DNA of 64,000 nucleotides from Escherichia coli 042 (GTDB lineage Bacteria; Pseudomonadota; Gammaproteobacteria; Enterobacterales; Enterobacteriaceae): NCBI RefSeq assembly GCF_000027125.1, contig NC_017626.1; one strand, 5' to 3'. Shown piece by piece: positions 58,456 to 64,000 of this stretch (position 1 is its first letter; each line of letters starts with the position of its first letter). The notes under the pieces were generated by a model. It saw only the letters and a program-made list of their open reading frames with translations, ran no database searches and was not told where the DNA came from. The position numbers and the translations under genes were made by a program.

Positions 58456-58551
58456 ATGCTGGGTAATATGAATGTTTTTATGGCCGTACTGGGAATAATT
58501 TTATTTTCTGGTTTTCTGGCCGCGTATTTCAGCCACAAATGGGATGACTAA
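58456..58551 (+). CDS. mgtS: Small membrane protein MgtS (YneM), 31 aa
   Basis: Translation MLGNMNVFMAVLGIILFSGFLAAYFSHKWDD matches MgtS exactly; GGAGG RBS 6 nt upstream; below the 60-aa cutoff of the ORF track. Confidence 0.85.
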   Translation: MLGNMNVFMAVLGIILFSGFLAAYFSHKWDD

Positions 58552-58576
58552 TGAACGGAGATAATCCCTCACCTAA

Positions 58577-58618
58577 CCGGCCCCTTGTTACAGTTGTGTA
58601 CAAGGGGCCTGATTTTTA
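58577..58618 (+). terminator. Intrinsic terminator of mgtS
   Basis: ggcccctt…aaggggcc stem followed by tgattttt. Confidence 0.7.
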
Positions 58619-58624
58619 TGACGG

Positions 58625-58730
58625 CAAAAAAAACCGCCAGTAAACCGGCGGTGAATGCTTGCATGGATAGATTTGTGTTTTGCTTTTACGCTAACAGGCA
58701 TTTTCCTGCACTGATAACGGATCGTTGACA
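58625..58730 (-). ncRNA. mgrR: PhoP-dependent small RNA MgrR (ends approximate)
   Basis: PhoP box direct repeat upstream (58757..58779) and a strong terminator (accgcc…ggcggt plus 8 U) at 58625..58652 bracket a roughly 100-nt minus-strand transcript; position matches mgrR in K-12. The 5' end is inferred. Confidence 0.55.
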
Positions 58731-58756
58731 CAGTAGCATCAGTTTTCTCAATGAAT

Positions 58757-58779
58757 GTTAAACGGAGCTTAAACTCGGT
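58757..58779 (-). promoter_or_regulatory. PhoP box (direct repeat) for mgrR
   Basis: On the minus strand, aGTTTAA-gctcc-GTTTAAc matches the PhoP box (T/G)GTTTA-N5-(T/G)GTTTA. Confidence 0.6.
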
Positions 58780-59659
58780 TAATCACATTTTGTTCGTCAA
58801 TAAACATACAGCGATTTCTTCCGGTTTGCTTACCCTCATACATTGCCCGGTCCGCTCTTCCAATGACCACATCCAGAGGTTCTTCAGGAAATGCGCGACT
58901 CACACCTGCAGTCACGGTAATGTTGATATGCCCTTCAGAATGTGTGATGGCATGGTTATCGACTAACTGGCAAATTCTGATACCTGCACGACATGCTTCT
59001 TCATCATTAGCCGCTTTGACAATAATGATAAATTCTTCGCCACCGTAGCGATAAACCGTTTCGTAATCGCGCGTCCAACTGGCTAAGTAAGTTGCCAGGG
59101 TGCGTAATACTACATCGCCGATTAAATGCCCGTAGGTATCATTAACCAATTTAAATCGGTCAATATCCAACAACATTAAATAAAGATTCAGAGGCTCAGC
59201 GTTGCGTAACTGATGATCAAAGGATTCATCAAGAACCCGACGACCCGGCAATCCCGTCAAAACATCCATATTGCTACGGATCGTCAGCAAATAAATTTTG
59301 TAATCGGTTAATGCCGCAGTAAAAGAAAGCAACCCTTCCTGAAAGGCGTCGAAATGCGCGTCCTGCCAGTGATTTTCAACAATAGCCAACATTAATTCCC
59401 GACCACAGTTATGCATATGTTGATGGGCAGAATCCATTAGCCGAACGTAAGGTAATTCATCGTTATCGAGTGGTCCCAGATGATCAATCCACCGACCAAA
59501 CTGGCACAGTCCATAAGAATGGTTATCCGTTATTTCTGGCTTACTGGCATCTCTCGCGACCACGCTGTGAAACATACTCACCAGCCACTGGTAGTGGGCA
59601 TCGATAGCCTTATTGAGATTTAACAAGATGGCATCAATTTCCGTTGTCTTCTTGATCAT
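58769..59659 (-). CDS. dgcZ: Zinc-sensory diguanylate cyclase DgcZ (YdeH)
   Basis: Start taken at MIKKTTEIDAILLNLNKAIDAHYQW (CZB domain) followed by a GGDEF domain (RYGGEEF). Confidence 0.9.
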   Translation of the reverse strand: MIKKTTEIDAILLNLNKAIDAHYQWLVSMFHSVVARDASKPEITDNHSYGLCQFGRWIDHLGPLDNDELPYVRLMDSAHQHMHNCGRELMLAIVENHWQDAHFDAFQEGLLSFTAALTDYKIYLLTIRSNMDVLTGLPGRRVLDESFDHQLRNAEPLNLYLMLLDIDRFKLVNDTYGHLIGDVVLRTLATYLASWTRDYETVYRYGGEEFIIIVKAANDEEACRAGIRICQLVDNHAITHSEGHINITVTAGVSRAFPEEPLDVVIGRADRAMYEGKQTGRNRCMFIDEQNVINRV

Positions 59660-59913
59660 TGCCACTCCTTTTTCACAGTTCCTTGTGCGCGCTATTCTAA
59701 CGAGAGAAAAGCAAAATTACGTCAATATTTTCATAGAAATCCGAAGTTATGAGTCATCTCTGAGATAACATTGTGATTTGAAACAAAATCAGCAGATAAA
59801 AAAGTGTTTAATTCTGTAAATTAAGCCTGCATTATCGCAATTAAAAGGATGACAAATAGCATAACCCAATACCCTAATGGCCCAGTAGTTCAGGCCATCA
59901 GGCTCATTTATTT

Positions 59914-60306
59914 TTATTTCTGCAAATGAGTGACCCGAACGACGGCCGGCGCGCTTTTCTTATCCAGACTGCCGCTAATGTTGATCATCTGGTCCGGCTG
60001 AACTTCTCGTCCATCAAAGACTGCCGCAGGAATAACAACATTAATTTCACCGCTCTTATCGCGAAAAACGTAACGGTCCTCTCCTTTGTGAGAAATCAAA
60101 TTACCGCGTAGTGAAACCGAAGCGCCATCATGCATGGTTTTTGCGAAATCTACGGTCATTTTTTTTGCATCATCGGTTCCGCGATAGCCATCTTCTATTG
60201 CATGAGGCGGCGGTGGCGCTGCATCCTGTTTTAAACCGCCCTGGTCATCTGCCAACGCATAAGGCATGACAAGAAAACTTGCTAATACAATGGCCTGAAA
60301 TTTCAT
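59914..60306 (-). CDS. ydeI: Periplasmic OB-fold (BOF/YgiW-family) stress protein YdeI
   Basis: 130 aa with signal peptide. Confidence 0.85.
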
Positions 60307-60629
60307 ACTGACTCCTTAATTGCGTTTGGTTTGACTTATTAAGTCTGGTTGCTATTTTTATAATTGACAAATAAGAATACTGCCAATTGTTATAAGGCAT
60401 TCAAAATCAGGCAACTAGCTGTCAAATATTAAGAGAATTTAACTCACTAAAGTAAGAAGAAGATTAAAGAGTCTTAAACATATTTCAGAACAATCAGATT
60501 TATAAATTTGAAAATTATTATAACGGAAGGGTATACAAAAAAAGTAATTTTGCTGGCGACTGCGAAACGGCATTCGCATTAGCGGTGAAGTTTGCCCCCA
60601 CCCAGCTGCTGCAATTACTGCTCTAACCA

Positions 60630-60659
60630 GGCTGGCCTGGCGATATCTCCAGGCCAGCC
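60630..60659. other. Perfect 11-bp inverted repeat just downstream of dcp
   Basis: ggctggcctgg-cgatatct-ccaggccagcc; no U-run on either strand, so not a canonical intrinsic terminator. Confidence 0.4.
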
Positions 60660-60670
60660 ATTGGTGGTGT

Positions 60671-62716
60671 TTATATGTTCAAGCCACGATGTTGCAGCAT
60701 CGGCATAATCTGAGGTGCCTTACCGCGCCATTGTCGATACAGGCGTTCCAGATCTTCGCTGTTACCTCTGGAAAGAATCGCCTCGCGAAAACGCCGCCCA
60801 TTTTCACGCGTTAATCCGCCCTGCTCAACAAACCACTGGTAACCATCATCGGCCAACATTTGCGTCCACAGATAAGCGTAATAACCTGCGGCATATCCGC
60901 CACCAAAAATATGGGCGAAATAACTGCTGCGATAGCGTGGCGGTATAGCAGGAAGATCCATATTTTCCGCCACCAGCGCCCGCAATTCAAAATCATCGAC
61001 ATCCTGCATTGCATCGTTTTCTTCCAGGCAATGCCAACGCATATCGAGAAGTGCGGCGCTAAGCAGTTCGCTCATCTCATACCCTTTGTTGAACAGGCTG
61101 GCATTACGCATTTTCTGTTGCAGCTCGTCAGGCATTGCTGCCCCGCTCTGATAATGCCGGGCGTAGCGAGCGAATACCTGCGGATGCGTTGCCCAGTGTT
61201 CGTTGATTTGCGACGGAAATTCGACAAAATCACGCGGCGTGTTGGTGCCGGAAAGCGTAGCATAACGCTGGCGGGCAAAGAGGCCGTGCAGCGTATGACC
61301 AAATTCATGGAATAAGGTTATTACATCATCCCAGAGTAACAACGCAGGCTCACCGGCAGCGGGTTTCTGATAATTGCAGACGTTATAAATTACCGGGTGC
61401 GTTTCATTAAGCGTTGATTGCTCAACAAAATTGCCCATCCATGCACCGCCGCTTTTTGAATCACGGGCGAAGAAATCACCGTAAAATAACGCCAGCCCCA
61501 CGCCATTATGATCAAAAATTTCCCACACACGAACGTCAGGATGGTAGACAGGAATATCAAAACGTTCGACAAACTTAATACCGAAGAGCTGATTCGCGGT
61601 CCAGAATACACCTTCATTCAACACCGTGTTTAATTCAAAATATGGCTTGAGCTGCGATTCATCGAGATCGAATTTCTCACGTCTTACCTGCTCGGCATAA
61701 AATGCCCAGTCCCACGGCTGCGCGCTAAACCCGCCCTGCTGCTTATCGATAACCGCCTGTATGGAGGCTAATTCATCGCTCGCACGTTGACGCGCCGCTG
61801 GAACAATTTCCCGCATAAAGTTGAGCGCTGCTTCTGGCGTTTTTGCCATCTGATCGGCGATTTTCCATGCGGCATAATGAGGAAAACCAAGCAGTTTCGC
61901 CTGCTGCGCGCGGATCTCCACCAGACGTTGAATGATAGCGCGGGTATCATTGGCATCATTTTTTTCCGCTCGCATCCAGCCCGCAGTAAACAGTTTTTCA
62001 CGCATCGCGCGATCGCGCAGTTCAGCAAGCGCTGGTTGCTGGGTGGTATTCAGCAACGGAATCAGCCATTTGTTATCCAGACCTTTCTCGCGAGCCGCCT
62101 CTGCCGCCAGCGCAATCTCTTGCTCACTCATTCCTGCCAGCTGCGCGAAATCGTTCACAACCAGACCGCCGGATTTATTTGCTGCCAGTAACCGCTGGTT
62201 AAACTGGCTGGTCAGGGTCGCAGCTTCTGTATTCAGTACTTTTAATTTTGCTTTATCAGCTTGTGCAAGTTTGGCTCCGGCAAGGACAAAACGTTGATGA
62301 ATCACCTCCACCAGGCGGATGGATTCACTATCAAGCCCCAGGGATTCACGGCGTTGCCAGACAGCATCTACCCGCGCGAATAATTCACCGTTCAGATAGA
62401 TATCATTAGCCAGTTCCGCTAGTTCAGCGGAAAACTGTTCATCAAGACGCTGTAATTCATCATTGGTATGCGCCGCAGTCATCGCAAAAAAGACGCTGGT
62501 AACGCGGGTAAGTAATTCTCCGCTTTGTTCCAGTGCCAGAATAGTATTGTTGAAATCAGGCGCTTGCGGGTTAAGCGCGATGGCAGCAATTTCTGCCCGC
62601 TTTTGCTGCATTCCCTCATCGAATGCCGGGCGATAGTGATGATTGGCAATTTGATCAAAATGGGGAGCCAGATACGGCAGTGTGCTTTGCACAAGGAAAG
62701 GATTCATTGTTGTCAT
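60671..62716 (-). CDS. dcp: Dipeptidyl carboxypeptidase II (M3 family)
   Basis: HEXXH zinc motif (HEFGHTLH); start taken at MTTMNPFLVQ (681 aa). Confidence 0.9.
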   Translation of the reverse strand: MTTMNPFLVQSTLPYLAPHFDQIANHHYRPAFDEGMQQKRAEIAAIALNPQAPDFNNTILALEQSGELLTRVTSVFFAMTAAHTNDELQRLDEQFSAELAELANDIYLNGELFARVDAVWQRRESLGLDSESIRLVEVIHQRFVLAGAKLAQADKAKLKVLNTEAATLTSQFNQRLLAANKSGGLVVNDFAQLAGMSEQEIALAAEAAREKGLDNKWLIPLLNTTQQPALAELRDRAMREKLFTAGWMRAEKNDANDTRAIIQRLVEIRAQQAKLLGFPHYAAWKIADQMAKTPEAALNFMREIVPAARQRASDELASIQAVIDKQQGGFSAQPWDWAFYAEQVRREKFDLDESQLKPYFELNTVLNEGVFWTANQLFGIKFVERFDIPVYHPDVRVWEIFDHNGVGLALFYGDFFARDSKSGGAWMGNFVEQSTLNETHPVIYNVCNYQKPAAGEPALLLWDDVITLFHEFGHTLHGLFARQRYATLSGTNTPRDFVEFPSQINEHWATHPQVFARYARHYQSGAAMPDELQQKMRNASLFNKGYEMSELLSAALLDMRWHCLEENDAMQDVDDFELRALVAENMDLPAIPPRYRSSYFAHIFGGGYAAGYYAYLWTQMLADDGYQWFVEQGGLTRENGRRFREAILSRGNSEDLERLYRQWRGKAPQIMPMLQHRGLNI

Positions 62717-62852
62717 TTTCTTCTCCTGAACGCGAGGTGTTCCATAGCGTAGGCTTACTGATAACGGAGTGCAATCTTGCAAACCAGTATTACCCGCTCT
62801 TAAGCATCACGTGCTATGTTATTGACACACAAAAGCGTTGAGGAACAGTGAG

Positions 62853-63599
62853 ATGATCGTTTTAGTAACTGGAGCAACGGCAGGTTTTGGTGAATGCATT
62901 ACTCGTCGTTTTATTCAACAAGGGCATAAAGTTATCGCCACTGGCCGTCGCCAGGAGCGGTTGCAGGAGTTAAAAGACGAACTGGGAGATAATCTTTATA
63001 TCGCCCAACTGGACGTTCGCAACCGCGCCGCTATTGAAGAGATGCTGGCATCGCTTCCTGCCGAGTGGTGCAATATTGATATCCTGGTAAATAATGCCGG
63101 TCTGGCGTTGGGCATGGAGCCTGCGCATAAAGCCAGCGTTGAAGACTGGGAAACGATGATTGATACCAACAATAAAGGCCTGGTATATATGACGCGCGCC
63201 GTCTTACCGGGTATGGTTGAACGTAATCATGGTCATATTATTAACATTGGCTCAACGGCAGGTAGCTGGCCGTATGCCGGTGGTAACGTTTACGGTGCGA
63301 CGAAAGCGTTTGTTCGTCAGTTTAGCCTGAATCTGCGTACGGACCTGCATGGTACGGCGGTGCGCGTCACCGACATCGAACCGGGTCTGGTGGGTGGCAC
63401 CGAGTTTTCCAATGTCCGCTTTAAAGGCGATGACGGTAAAGCGGAAAAAACCTATCAAAATACCGTTGCATTGACGCCAGAAGATGTCAGCGAAGCCGTC
63501 TGGTGGGTATCAACGCTGCCTGCTCACGTTAATATCAATACCCTGGAAATGATGCCGGTTACCCAAAGCTATGCCGGACTGAATGTCCACCGTCAGTAA
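62853..63599 (+). CDS. ydfG: NADP-dependent 3-hydroxy acid dehydrogenase YdfG (SDR family)
   Basis: TGATAGFG Rossmann motif and YxxxK active site; start taken at MIVLVTGA. Confidence 0.9.
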   Translation: MIVLVTGATAGFGECITRRFIQQGHKVIATGRRQERLQELKDELGDNLYIAQLDVRNRAAIEEMLASLPAEWCNIDILVNNAGLALGMEPAHKASVEDWETMIDTNNKGLVYMTRAVLPGMVERNHGHIINIGSTAGSWPYAGGNVYGATKAFVRQFSLNLRTDLHGTAVRVTDIEPGLVGGTEFSNVRFKGDDGKAEKTYQNTVALTPEDVSEAVWWVSTLPAHVNINTLEMMPVTQSYAGLNVHRQ

Positions 63600-63687
63600 T
63601 TTTTATACCCGGCGTAACTGCCGGGTTATTGCTTGTCACAAAAAAGTGGTAGACTCATGCAGTTAACTCACTCACAAGCAAGAACGA

Positions 63688-64000
63688 ATGACCGTCGAAA
63701 CGCAACTTAATCCCACACAGCCTGTCAATCAGCAGATTTATCGTATTCTTCGTCGCGACATTGTCCATTGCCTGATTGCACCAGGCACACCGTTGTCGGA
63801 AAAAGAAGTTTCTGTTCGTTTCAATGTGTCACGCCAGCCGGTTCGTGAAGCCTTTATTAAACTGGCGGAAAACGGCCTGATTCAAATTCGTCCGCAGCGT
63901 GGCAGCTACGTCAACAAAATTTCCATGGCCCAGGTGCGCAACGGCAGTTTTATCCGTCAGGCCATTGAGTGCGCGGTGGCGCGTCGGGCGGCGAGCATGA
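63688..64000 (+). CDS. ydfH: GntR-family transcriptional regulator YdfH, N-terminal part; gene runs off the right edge
   Basis: ATG at 63688; [56 protein letters not shown]… has a GntR-type HTH. Confidence 0.8.

Noticed and set aside
1-64000. Mobile elements, prophage, integrase or defence island
   Set aside because: No transposase, integrase, phage structural or known defence-system ORFs appear in the six-frame track, and gene order is chromosomal throughout.

Overview
This window reads as an Escherichia coli chromosomal segment, collinear with the K-12 map from dosC (N-terminal end only) through yddW, gadBC, pqqL-yddBA, ydeMN, ydeO-safA, ydeP, an F9/Fml-type chaperone-usher fimbrial operon, hipA, an AIDA-like autotransporter, the lsr AI-2 locus, tam, yneE, uxaB, dgcF, yneG-glsB-sad, yneJ, yneK, ydeA, marC/marRAB, eamA, ydeE, mgtS/mgrR, dgcZ, ydeI, dcp, ydfG and the start of ydfH. 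Gene identities come from reading the supplied translations against remembered E. coli proteins and motifs; no database search was run. I found no rRNA, tRNA, CRISPR array, transposase/IS element or prophage block, and every intergenic gap is short (under about 520 bp) and accounted for, so I do not see a previously undescribed system here. The most notable things are strain-level differences from K-12: (1) the fimbrial operon is intact with six genes; (2) hipB and the first ~20 codons of hipA are missing, and the hipA remnant abuts an autotransporter whose beta-barrel is cut short at the same junction; (3) that autotransporter also carries a single in-frame TAG; (4) no ydeJ-sized ORF sits between ydeI and dcp. 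Recognisable regulatory sites include the gad box, two EvgA boxes, marO, a PhoP box with the MgrR/MgtS pair, and several intrinsic terminators.
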